24,000 nt of DNA, taken from assembly GCA_022844015.1 (NCBI GenBank), contig JALHMO010000055.1, positions 8,305-32,304 on the forward strand. Direction: 5' to 3'. Below, piece by piece: positions 1 to 7,922 of this stretch (the first letter of the stretch is position 1; each line of letters starts with the position of its first letter). The position numbers were made by a program, and so were the translations under genes. The stretch comes from Reyranella sp. GTDB lineage: Bacteria; Pseudomonadota; Alphaproteobacteria; Reyranellales; Reyranellaceae. The notes beneath the pieces were generated by a model. The model did no database searches. It saw only the letters and a list, made by a program, of their open reading frames with translations, and was not told the origin of the DNA.

Positions 1-2
1 TG

Positions 3-314
3 CTGCTGACCGACGGCATATGGAACGGCCGCCAGGTGCTACCCGCGGGCTGGGCGGCCCAATCCGTCAAGCCACGCATCAACGGCGAGGGGCTCTTCTT
101 CTACGGCTATCAATGGTGGCTCGGCCGATCGTTCCGCAACGGCGCGGAACTCGACTGGGTGGCCGGCGTCGGACTGGGCGGCCAGCGGCTGTACGTCGTG
201 CCGGCGCTCGACCTCGTCGTCATGATCACTGCCGGCCACTACACCCAGGCCCTGCAGGGCGTGATCCCGGCTGGCATCTTCTCGCGGATCGTGCTGCCGG
301 CGGTAAAGGACTGA
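3..314 (+). CDS. serine hydrolase / beta-lactamase-family protein, C-terminal fragment (5' end lies outside the window)
   Basis: Frame 3 is open from the window edge to TGA at 312-314. The translation LLTDGIWNGRQVLPAGW...FYGYQWWLG...GLGGQRLYVVPALDLVVMITAG looks like the C-terminal part of class-C beta-lactamase/esterase-type serine hydrolases. The catalytic SxxK region would lie upstream and is not visible. Confidence 0.7.
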   Translation: MLTDGIWNGRQVLPAGWAAQSVKPRINGEGLFFYGYQWWLGRSFRNGAELDWVAGVGLGGQRLYVVPALDLVVMITAGHYTQALQGVIPAGIFSRIVLPAVKD

Positions 315-385
315 CCGCCGAAGAGCTGCAGCAGAGCCTGGAGGCTCAGCCTTGCACCGAGACGGGACTGAACAACCGACATGGC

Positions 386-1180
386 TCAGCGGAACGGCCG
401 TGGACCCTCGTAGTTCCCGATGTAGCTCATGTGCGTGACGAGGCCGGTGCCCGGCCGCCACAGATGCAGCGCCACGCCCGGCGGCTCCATCATCATCGAG
501 AACGGCGCGTTGTCGTGCAGGTCGAGCGTTGCCTGGTGGGCCGTGCTGGGCGCGACGGAGGCCATGGTGCCGGCCCAGCGCACGTGGATCGGCCGGTGAA
601 CGTGGCCGCACAGCGCGCGCTCGACATGGCCGTGACGCCGCACCAGCTCCGCCAACCGCGGCTCGCCTGCCCACAACCGATGTCCGTCGAAGGCGGTGAT
701 GCCGCAGTCGAACGGCGGATGGTGCAGGAACAGGATCGTCGGGTGATCGCTTTCGGCCAGCCGAGCCTCCAGCCACCCCAGTCGTTCGTCGCACAGCTCG
801 CCATGCGTGCTGCCGGGCGCCAGCGTATCGAGCGCGATCAGGCGTACCGGCCAGCCCTCGATCGTGTACTGCAGGAAGCCGGTTCGCGGCAGGTAGGCAT
901 GATCGGCGAATGCCCGGCGCAAGGGATCACGGGCGTCGTGATTGCCGGGGATCAGGTAGACCGGCATCTCGAGCGGCGCCAGCAGGCGGCGAAGCTCGGC
1001 ATACTCCTCGACCTTGCCGCCCTCGACGAGGTCGCCGGTCGCCAGCACGATGTCGGGTCGCGGATCGAGCGCGTTCACATGCGCCACCGCCCGCTCGAGG
1101 AAACCGGCAGTGTCGATGCGCCCGAAGAGCAGCTCGCCCGCCGGCTTGATGTGCATGTCGGAGATCTGGGCGATCAGCAT
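386..1180 (-). CDS. metallophosphoesterase, GpdQ/CpdA-type phosphodiesterase
   Basis: ORF 386..1309 trimmed to the ATG at 1180 (MLIAQISDMHIK...), 8 nt downstream of the nadE stop, with AGGA upstream. Calcineurin-like motifs are present: DMH, GDLV, GNHD, HHPP, GHVH. The overall residue pattern resembles Enterobacter GpdQ as I remember it. Confidence 0.8.
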   Translation of the reverse strand: MLIAQISDMHIKPAGELLFGRIDTAGFLERAVAHVNALDPRPDIVLATGDLVEGGKVEEYAELRRLLAPLEMPVYLIPGNHDARDPLRRAFADHAYLPRTGFLQYTIEGWPVRLIALDTLAPGSTHGELCDERLGWLEARLAESDHPTILFLHHPPFDCGITAFDGHRLWAGEPRLAELVRRHGHVERALCGHVHRPIHVRWAGTMASVAPSTAHQATLDLHDNAPFSMMMEPPGVALHLWRPGTGLVTHMSYIGNYEGPRPFR

Positions 1181-1188
1181 CGATGGTC

Positions 1189-2844
1189 CTATCCGCGAAA
1201 TCCGTTGACGATGGGATAACGGCGCTCCCGGCTGACGTTGCGCGCCGTGATCTTCACCCCGGGCGGCGCCTGCCGGCGCTTGTACTCGGCGGCCTCGAGC
1301 AAGCGCCACACGCGATCGACGACTTTGCGATCATGGCCCTCGCCCGCCAGCGCATCGGCGTCGAGGTCACGCTCGATCAGGCCGCGCAGGATGGCGTCGA
1401 GCATCGGGTAGGGCGGCAAGGAGTCCTCGTCCTTCTGGTCGGCGCGCAACTCGGCCGACGGCGGCTTGCCGATGATCCGCTCCGGGATCACGCGGCCGCA
1501 CGGCCCGAGCGATCCTTCGGGCCGGTGCCGGTTGCGCCAGCGGCAGAGCTCGAACACGGTGGTCTTGTAGACGTCCTTCAGCACATTGAAGCCGCCGCAC
1601 ATGTCGCCATAGAGCGTGGCGTAGCCCACCGCCATTTCCGACTTGTTGCCGGTCGTCACCACCATGCCGCCGAGCTTGTTCGAGAGCGCCATCAGGGTGA
1701 CGGCGCGGACGCGGCTCTGGATGTTTTCCTCGGTCACATCGGGGCCGGCATCGCCGAACAGAGGCCGCAGCATCCTGGCGTACGCCTCGACGGCAGGCTC
1801 GATGTCGACGACGTCGTGCCGCACCCCCAGGGCCTGCGCGCAGGCCCGGGCATCCTCCAGCGAGGGGGCGCTGGTATAGCGCGACGGCATCATCACCGTA
1901 TGCACCCGGGACGCCCCGAGCGCATCGACCGCCACGGCCGACGTCAGCGCGGAATCGACGCCGCCCGACAGGCCGATCAGGACCGACGGGAACCCGGTCT
2001 TGTTCACGTAGTCGCGCAGCCCCAGCATCATTGCCTGGTAGATCGACTCGATGTCGTCGAGCTCGGCCGCGATCACCGCGGGCCGGCACTCCCAGCCATC
2101 CGGGCCGCGGCGGAACTCGACGGTCGCGACCTCCTCACGAAACGACGCGAGCTTGGCCTTCAGTGCCCGGTCGGCCCCGAGCACGAAGGAGCCACCGTCG
2201 AACACCAGCTCGTCTTGGCCGCCAACCTGGTTCAGGTAGACGAACGGCAGGCCGCTTTCGACGACCCGTTGCACGCCGAGCTGGACGCGGACATCGGTCT
2301 TGCCGACCTCGTAGGGCGAGCCGTTGGGCACCAGCAGGATCTCGCCGCCGGTCTCGGAGATGCATTCGACGACGTCGGCCGTCCACACGTCCTCGCAGAT
2401 CGGCACGCCGAGGCGCACGCCCTTGAAGACCAGCGGCCCCGGCATCGGGCCGGGCGCGAACACCCGCTTCTCGTCGAACACGCCGTAGTTCGGCAGGTCG
2501 ACCTTGAAGCGCTTGCCGATCACCTCGCCCTTGTCGAGGCAGACGATGGCGTTGTGCAGCCTGCCGGCCTCGCGCCACGGCGTGGTGACGAACATAGCCG
2601 GCCCGCCGTCCCGCGTGTCGGCGCGCAAGGCCTCGACCGCCTCGTGACAGCGTTTCTGGAAGGCGGGCTTCAGCACCAGGTCCTCCGGCGGATAGCCCGA
2701 CAGGACGAGCTCGGAGGTCAGCACCAGCTCGGCGCCCTGACACGCCGCCTCGGCACGCGCGGCGCGCACCTTGGCCAGGTTGCCCTCGACGTCGCCGACC
2801 TTCGGGTTGAGCTGGGCCAGGGCGACCTTCAGCGAATCAGGCAT
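1189..2844 (-). CDS. nadE: glutamine-dependent NAD(+) synthetase (N-terminal CN-hydrolase domain plus C-terminal NAD synthetase domain)
   Basis: 551-aa ORF. The N-terminus KVALAQLNPKVGDVEGNL...ICEDVW is typical of the nitrilase-type glutaminase domain. The C-terminal half has the PP-loop SGGVDS and the NadE-like ...TGNKSE(M)AVGY.TLYGD... segment. Confidence 0.93.
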   Translation of the reverse strand: MPDSLKVALAQLNPKVGDVEGNLAKVRAARAEAACQGAELVLTSELVLSGYPPEDLVLKPAFQKRCHEAVEALRADTRDGGPAMFVTTPWREAGRLHNAIVCLDKGEVIGKRFKVDLPNYGVFDEKRVFAPGPMPGPLVFKGVRLGVPICEDVWTADVVECISETGGEILLVPNGSPYEVGKTDVRVQLGVQRVVESGLPFVYLNQVGGQDELVFDGGSFVLGADRALKAKLASFREEVATVEFRRGPDGWECRPAVIAAELDDIESIYQAMMLGLRDYVNKTGFPSVLIGLSGGVDSALTSAVAVDALGASRVHTVMMPSRYTSAPSLEDARACAQALGVRHDVVDIEPAVEAYARMLRPLFGDAGPDVTEENIQSRVRAVTLMALSNKLGGMVVTTGNKSEMAVGYATLYGDMCGGFNVLKDVYKTTVFELCRWRNRHRPEGSLGPCGRVIPERIIGKPPSAELRADQKDEDSLPPYPMLDAILRGLIERDLDADALAGEGHDRKVVDRVWRLLEAAEYKRRQAPPGVKITARNVSRERRYPIVNGFRG

Positions 2845-2859
2845 GACGACCAGAGCCCA

Positions 2860-2906
2860 TTATGCTCACAGTGAGTATATAACTCTAATGCTAGTTCTGA
2901 GCATAA
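2860..2906. promoter_or_regulatory. two tandem 21-bp 9-N3-9 palindromic operator-like boxes upstream of nadE (NadQ-box-like by recollection)
   Basis: Box 1 at 2860-2880 is TTATGCTCA-cag-TGAGTATAT. Box 2 at 2886-2906 is TAATGCTAG-ttc-TGAGCATAA. The outer half-sites are perfect reverse complements and form a 13-bp perfect inverted repeat, cccattatgctca at 2856-2868 and tgagcataatggg at 2898-2910. The tract is AT-rich in a GC-rich genome. Confidence 0.5.
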
Positions 2907-2916
2907 TGGGTGTCAA
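2888..2916 (-). promoter_or_regulatory. sigma70-type promoter for nadE (TTGACA - 17 nt - TAGCAT)
   Basis: On the minus strand there is a perfect -35 TTGACA (2916-2911), a 17-nt spacer, and a -10 TAGCAT (2893-2888). This lies about 45 nt upstream of the nadE ATG (2844) and 6 nt after the upstream RidA-family gene's stop. Confidence 0.55.
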
Positions 2917-2922
2917 GCCGGC

Positions 2923-3309
2923 CTACTTTGCGGCGACCGCCTCGATCTCGACCAGCATGCCGGGATCGGCCAGCCCCTGCACGATCAGGAGCGTCGAGGC
3001 CGGATAGGGTTCCGCCGCGATGAACGCGGCGCGCGTCGCGCGATAGGGCTCGATGAAGCGGCTGTCGGTCAGGAAGACGTTGACCTTGACGATGTCGCGA
3101 AAGCCCATGCCGGCGCTCTTCAGCACCTGGCCGATGTTCTTCCAGGCCTGGGTGCACTGCTTCTCGATGCCGGCCTGCAGCTTGCCGCGCGAATCGACCC
3201 CGACCTGGCCCGAGACGAACAGCACGCGGGCGCCCTGCGGCACCTCGGCGCCCAGGCTGTACTTGCCGGCCAGCGATACCGATTTGGGATTGTGATACGT
3301 GATGGCCAT
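2923..3309 (-). CDS. RidA/YjgF/TdcF-family reactive-intermediate (enamine/imine) deaminase
   Basis: 128-aa ORF. The ...VFVSGQVG......IE.Q..Q...N......AG....IVKVNVFLTD...F...Y...F....PA.STL.V..L......VEIEAVA pattern is typical of the YjgF/RidA family. Confidence 0.85.
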   Translation of the reverse strand: MAITYHNPKSVSLAGKYSLGAEVPQGARVLFVSGQVGVDSRGKLQAGIEKQCTQAWKNIGQVLKSAGMGFRDIVKVNVFLTDSRFIEPYRATRAAFIAAEPYPASTLLIVQGLADPGMLVEIEAVAAK

Positions 3310-3356
3310 GATGGCTCCCCCTGTTTAAGAGAGGGCACGGTTTCAGGTCGGACAGG

Positions 3357-4715
3357 ATGACGTCAAGCAGCAAGAGCGTTCATATCGTCGGCGGCGGCCT
3401 CGCGGGCAGCGAAGCGGCCTGGCAGCTCGCTTGCGCCGGTGTGCCTGTCGTCCTGCATGAAATGCGGCCGGTGCGCGGCACCGATGCCCACCAGACCGAG
3501 ACGCTGGCCGAATTGGTCTGCTCCAACTCCTTCCGCTCCGACGATGCCGTCAACAACGCGGTCGGCCTGCTGCACGAGGAGATGCGACGGGCGAACTCCC
3601 TGATCCTGCGTGCCGCCGACACCCACAAGCTGCCGGCCGGCGGGGCGCTCGCCGTCGACCGCCACGGCTTCTCCGCCGACGTGCAGGCGGCGTTGCTCGC
3701 CCATCCGCTGGTCGAGCTGCGGCGCGAGGAAGTCACCGGTTTGCCGCCAGCCGACTGGGACAGCGTGATCATCGCCACCGGACCGCTGACCTCGCCCGCC
3801 CTCGCCGAGGCGATCCGCCAGCAGAGCGGGCAGGAATCATTGGCATTCTTCGACGCCATCGCGCCGATCGTCCATTTCGAGAGCATCGATCTCTCGATTG
3901 CGTGGAAGCAGTCGCGCTACGACAAGGGCGGACCGGCCGGCGATGGCGCCGACTACCTCAATTGCCCGCTGAGCAAGGACGAGTACGACGCCTTCGTCGC
4001 GGGCCTGCTTGCGGGCGACAAGACCGAGTTCAAGGAGTGGGAGCACAACACGCCCTACTTCAACGGCTGCCAACCCATCGAGGTGATCGCCGCGAGCGGA
4101 CCGCAGACCCTGCGCTTTGGCCCTATGAAGCCGGTCGGCCTGCGAGATCCCCGCACCGGCCATCGTCCGTGGGCGGTCGTCCAGCTCCGTCAGGACAACG
4201 CGCTCGGCACGCTGTGGAACATCGTGGGCTTCCAGACCAAGCTCAGGCATGGCGAGCAGACACGGATCTTTCGCACCATACCTGGCCTGCAGAATGCCGA
4301 GTTCGCCCGCCTGGGCGGCCTGCATCGCAACACTTTCCTGAACAGCCCGCGCCTGCTCGACGCGACCCTGCGCCTGAGGGCGATGCCACGCCTGCGCTTC
4401 GCCGGCCAGATCACCGGCTGCGAGGGCTATGTCGAGAGCGCCGCCATCGGCCTGCTGACCGGCCGCTTCGCCGCGGCCGAGCGGCTCGGCCGCGCCCCGA
4501 GCGCGCCGCCCGCGACGACGGCGATGGGCGCCCTGCTCGGCCACATCACCGGCGGCGCCGACGCAGCGACCTTCCAGCCGATGAACGTCAATTTCGGCCT
4601 GTTCCCGCCGCTGCCCGGCACCCTGCGCGGCAAGGAACGCAAGCAGGCCCTGTCGACAAGGGCACTGCGCGATTTCGATGACTGGCTGTCGCCGGCCCCT
4701 CTCGCAGCGGATTGA
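3357..4715 (+). CDS. trmFO: methylenetetrahydrofolate--tRNA-(uracil54-C5)-methyltransferase (FADH2-oxidising) TrmFO
   Basis: 452-aa ORF. It has the N-terminal FAD fold [18 protein letters not shown], the [11 protein letters not shown] motif, ...YLNCP..K.EY..F... and ..[16 protein letters not shown]... typical of TrmFO/Gid. Confidence 0.93.
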   Translation: MTSSSKSVHIVGGGLAGSEAAWQLACAGVPVVLHEMRPVRGTDAHQTETLAELVCSNSFRSDDAVNNAVGLLHEEMRRANSLILRAADTHKLPAGGALAVDRHGFSADVQAALLAHPLVELRREEVTGLPPADWDSVIIATGPLTSPALAEAIRQQSGQESLAFFDAIAPIVHFESIDLSIAWKQSRYDKGGPAGDGADYLNCPLSKDEYDAFVAGLLAGDKTEFKEWEHNTPYFNGCQPIEVIAASGPQTLRFGPMKPVGLRDPRTGHRPWAVVQLRQDNALGTLWNIVGFQTKLRHGEQTRIFRTIPGLQNAEFARLGGLHRNTFLNSPRLLDATLRLRAMPRLRFAGQITGCEGYVESAAIGLLTGRFAAAERLGRAPSAPPATTAMGALLGHITGGADAATFQPMNVNFGLFPPLPGTLRGKERKQALSTRALRDFDDWLSPAPLAAD

Positions 4716-4866
4716 AGCCCGACACGGCGCGCGATGCCGTCGAGCCTGAGCGCTGCTTAAGCTGCAACATTATGAAATGTGCGGCAACACGCCGTAACGA
4801 TTTGTTATTTCCCATTCAGGGCGCGTTGCTGTCCGATGCCTTTCGGGTCCATCGGCGGAGGTCAAT

Positions 4867-5157
4867 GTGCACGGTACGGATGTTCTGGTCGCCGAGAATG
4901 TGGAGCGTGTCACCCTGCAGCTCGAGGTGATGCGGGAAATTCGCCGTCACCTGGCGCCCTATCATTCGGCGGGAACGCCGATCACGGGCGAGACGGTGAT
5001 CTGCACCGGCCTGACCGTCGATTCTCTGACGATCATGGACCTGATCATGGAGCTCGAGGATCATTTCGACGTCACGATCCCCATGAATGTCGTGGCGGAG
5101 ATCCGCACCATCGACCAGTTGGCCTCGACCGTCCTCGGCCTGCACGCGCAGCGTTGA
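4867..5157 (+). CDS. acyl carrier protein-like (phosphopantetheine-attachment) protein
   Basis: GTG at 4867 sits 5 nt after GGAGG (4857-4861). The translation contains LTVDSLTIMDLIMELEDHFDVTIP, an ACP-type DSL attachment motif followed by an acidic helix. The start could instead be GTG 4900 or ATG 4930. Confidence 0.65.
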   Translation: MHGTDVLVAENVERVTLQLEVMREIRRHLAPYHSAGTPITGETVICTGLTVDSLTIMDLIMELEDHFDVTIPMNVVAEIRTIDQLASTVLGLHAQR

Positions 5158-5248
5158 TCCAGGAGTTGCCCCCAGCCTGGCGCCCCGATGATGGGATCAT
5201 GAGATAAGCTTGCGCGCGGCGGCCGGGGCGCATGCTACCTGACAGGCC

Positions 5249-6598
5249 ATGAGTCCCGCTGAGCGCCGGCAGATGATGCTGGCCGGGCCGATCGTGCCCA
5301 CCATCCTGGTCCTGGCCGCCCCCAATGTGCTGAACGTCGCCATGCAGAGCCTGGTCAGCGTTTCCGACAGCTGGTTCGTGAGCCAGCTCGGCATCGTCGA
5401 CCTCGCCGCCCTGGCCCTCGTCTTCCCGACCCAGATGGCGCTCGGCCAGATGTCGGCCGGCGCCATGGGCGGCGGCGTGTCGTCGTCGGTTGCGCGCGCC
5501 CTCGGCTCGGGCAACCGGGCGGCAGCCGAGGCGGCGGCCGCCCATGCCCTGGTGATCGCGCTCGCCATGGCGACGCTGTTCGCCATCGTGTTCGTGGGCT
5601 TCGGCCGCGCGATCTACGGGGCGCTCGGCGGCAGCGGTCGCGCGCTCGACGGCGCCGAGGCCTTCGCGTCCATCCTGTTCCTCGGCTGCTTCGCCCACTG
5701 GATCGCCAACTCGCTGGCCTCCGTCTTGCGCGGCACTGGCGACATGAAGACGCCGGGCTACGCCTTGGTCGTCACGGCAGCGCTGCAGATCGTCCTCACC
5801 GGTGCCCTGACCCTGGGCTGGTTCGGGCTGCCGCAACTCGGAATCCGCGGACCCGCGCTCGCCGCCGTCATCGCCTTCACGCTCGCCGCGATCTGGATGG
5901 CCTCGCGCCTCGTCGGCCCCGGTGCCGCGCTCAGGCTGCGCTGGCCGAAGGGCGGCTTCCGCTGGGCCTCCTTCCGCGACATCCTCAAGGTCGGCCTGAT
6001 CGCCTGCGTGGTCGTGATCCTGACGAACGGCACGGTGCTGCTCGTCACCGGCCTGGTGGGCCGCGAAGGCGATGCCGCCATCGCCGGCTACGGTATCGGC
6101 AGTCGCCTGGAGTACATGCTGGTGCCGATCAGCTTCGGCATCGGCGCCACGCTGACCGCCCTGGTCGGCACCAACATCGGCGCCGGCCAGTACGCCCGCG
6201 CCCAGCGCGTCGCGTGGACCGGCGCCCTGATGGCCGGCTCGATCGCCGCCGCGATCGGCGCGGTCGTGGCGATCTGGCCCGACCTGTGGCTCGGCCTGTT
6301 CACGGCCGACCCCGGCGCCCTGGCCTCGGGCCGCACCTACCTGCACATCGTGGGACCGGTCTACGGCTTCTTCGGGCTCGCCATGGCGCTGTACTTCGCC
6401 TCGCAGGGAACCGGCGAGATGGTGTGGCCGGTGATGGCCAACCTGAGCCGCATCGCCATTGTGCTGTGCGGCAGCCTGCTGGCGCTCGACGTGCTTGGCT
6501 GGGGCATGCGTGGCCTGTACGGCTTCGTCGCCCTGGGCATCGTCTCGTTCTCGCTGGTGATCGCCTATTCCACGACGCGGCGCGCCTGGACGGGGTGA
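5249..6598 (+). CDS. MATE-family multidrug/toxin efflux transporter
   Basis: 449-aa polytopic membrane ORF. The N-terminus ...MMLAGPIVPTILVLAAPNVLNVAMQSLVSVSDSWFVSQLG... and the internal ..LRGTGDMKTPGYALV.. match the duplicated 6+6 TM MATE (NorM/DinF-like) pattern. Confidence 0.85.
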   Translation: MSPAERRQMMLAGPIVPTILVLAAPNVLNVAMQSLVSVSDSWFVSQLGIVDLAALALVFPTQMALGQMSAGAMGGGVSSSVARALGSGNRAAAEAAAAHALVIALAMATLFAIVFVGFGRAIYGALGGSGRALDGAEAFASILFLGCFAHWIANSLASVLRGTGDMKTPGYALVVTAALQIVLTGALTLGWFGLPQLGIRGPALAAVIAFTLAAIWMASRLVGPGAALRLRWPKGGFRWASFRDILKVGLIACVVVILTNGTVLLVTGLVGREGDAAIAGYGIGSRLEYMLVPISFGIGATLTALVGTNIGAGQYARAQRVAWTGALMAGSIAAAIGAVVAIWPDLWLGLFTADPGALASGRTYLHIVGPVYGFFGLAMALYFASQGTGEMVWPVMANLSRIAIVLCGSLLALDVLGWGMRGLYGFVALGIVSFSLVIAYSTTRRAWTG

Positions 6599-6657
6599 GC
6601 GCGAGCACATCGTGCGGACCGCTGATAAAAGGGCCGCAGCCCCAGGGAGCAGCGGTC

Positions 6658-7416
6658 ATGAAGACGATCCTGATCATCGGCATCGGCGCCGGCGATCCCG
6701 ACTACATCACGGTGCAGGCGATCAAGGCCCTGAACCGGGTCGACGTCTTCTTCCTGATGGACAAGGGTCCGGCCAAGGTGAAGCTGCGTGCCCTGCGCGA
6801 CGAGCTCTGTCGGCAGCACATCCAGGGCCGCACCTGGCGCACCGCCGAAGCGCCGAGCCCGCCGCGCGATACCGCGCCGACCGACTATCGGGCAGCGGTC
6901 GACGCGCTCAATCGCGACAAGAAGGCGGTGTTCGAATCCATGATCGAGAGCGAGATGAAGGACGGCGAGACGGCCGGCATCCTGGTGTGGGGCGATCCCA
7001 TGCTCTACGACAGCACGATCCGCAACATCGAGGCGATTGCCGCCGCCGGACGACACGCCATCGCCTACGAGGTGATCCCCGGCATCACCGCCGTCCAGGC
7101 GCTGGCCGCCCGCCATCGGATCCCGCTCAACCGCATCGCCGAGCCGGTCACGCTGACCACCGGCCGACGCCTGGCCGAGGGTTTCCCGGGCGACAGCGAC
7201 AGCGTCGTGGTGCTGCTCGACGGCGAGGACACCTATCGCCGCTTCGCCGACCAGGACATGGAGATCTATTGGGGCGCCTATCTCGGCACGCCCGACGAGA
7301 TTCTCGTCTCGGGCCCGCTGTCCGAAGTGTCCGACGAGATCCATCGCCGGCGCAGCGAAGCACGCCGCGCCAACGGCTGGATCATGGACACCTATCTGAT
7401 GCGCAAGCGGACCTGA
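6658..7416 (+). CDS. cobF: precorrin-6A synthase (deacetylating)
   Basis: ORF 6214..7416 trimmed to the ATG at 6658, which is preceded by GGGAGC. MKTILIIGIGAGDPDYITVQAIKALNRVDVFF...VWGDPMLYDSTIR...VIPGITAVQALAARHRIPLN...GWIMDTYLMRK closely follows the Pseudomonas denitrificans CobF pattern as I remember it. Confidence 0.88.
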   Translation: MKTILIIGIGAGDPDYITVQAIKALNRVDVFFLMDKGPAKVKLRALRDELCRQHIQGRTWRTAEAPSPPRDTAPTDYRAAVDALNRDKKAVFESMIESEMKDGETAGILVWGDPMLYDSTIRNIEAIAAAGRHAIAYEVIPGITAVQALAARHRIPLNRIAEPVTLTTGRRLAEGFPGDSDSVVVLLDGEDTYRRFADQDMEIYWGAYLGTPDEILVSGPLSEVSDEIHRRRSEARRANGWIMDTYLMRKRT

Positions 7417-7445
7417 CCGGCCCTCGGCAGGACTAGAGGCAAACG

Positions 7446-7922
7446 TCAGAATTTGGGCGAGTTCTGATCCCAGTCGGGATCGCTGCTCGGGCTGAGCGGC
7501 TGCTCGAAGGCCAGGAGGCCCTTGCCCGGCACGTAGTTCACCTCGAGACGAATGCCGTCGGGGTCCTCGAACACGATGTAGTAGTAGCCCGGTGCCCAAC
7601 CGCCCTCGACCGGGCCGCGATCGATAACGGCACCCATGGCCTTGAGCTTCTCCGCCACCTTGTCGACATCCTCGCGCGAGCGCGCCCGCAGGCAGAGGTG
7701 ATGCAGGCCGATGCGGTTCTGGACGAAACGCTCCTTCGTGTACTCCTCGGCAGCGCGCTGGATGCCGATCGCCGTTCGGCCGCCCACGTGATAGAGAAAA
7801 TTGTTGCCGTCATAGACCTTCTTCATGCCGAGGAAGGGCATCAGCTCGGCATAGAACTTTCGCGACTTCTCCCAATCGCTCACTGTCAGGATGACGTGCG
7901 CCATCCCGTTCACCTCGATCAT
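7446..7922 (-). CDS. VOC (glyoxalase/bleomycin-resistance/extradiol dioxygenase) family protein
   Basis: ORF 7446..8567 trimmed to the ATG at 7922 (MIEVNGMAHVILTVSD...), which overlaps the upstream gene's stop in an ATGA (7919-7922). The beta-alpha-beta-beta-beta module signature is present: H..L.V.D...S..FY...LG ... G.HH.C......ED.. ... F.DPDG..LE. Confidence 0.8.
   Translation of the reverse strand: MIEVNGMAHVILTVSDWEKSRKFYAELMPFLGMKKVYDGNNFLYHVGGRTAIGIQRAAEEYTKERFVQNRIGLHHLCLRARSREDVDKVAEKLKAMGAVIDRGPVEGGWAPGYYYIVFEDPDGIRLEVNYVPGKGLLAFEQPLSPSSDPDWDQNSPKF

Noticed and set aside
386-1309. N-terminal extensions offered by the ORF track for several genes: 386..1309, 6214..7416, 7446..8567, 7919..9169, 9094..10713, 17231..18160, 21200..21688, 21688..22644, 22571..23278.
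   Set aside because: In each case an internal ATG with a Shine-Dalgarno-like sequence begins exactly where the family-typical N-terminus starts (e.g. GxGxxG or the DxH motif). In each case the upstream extension is Arg/Pro-rich and overlaps the neighbouring gene.
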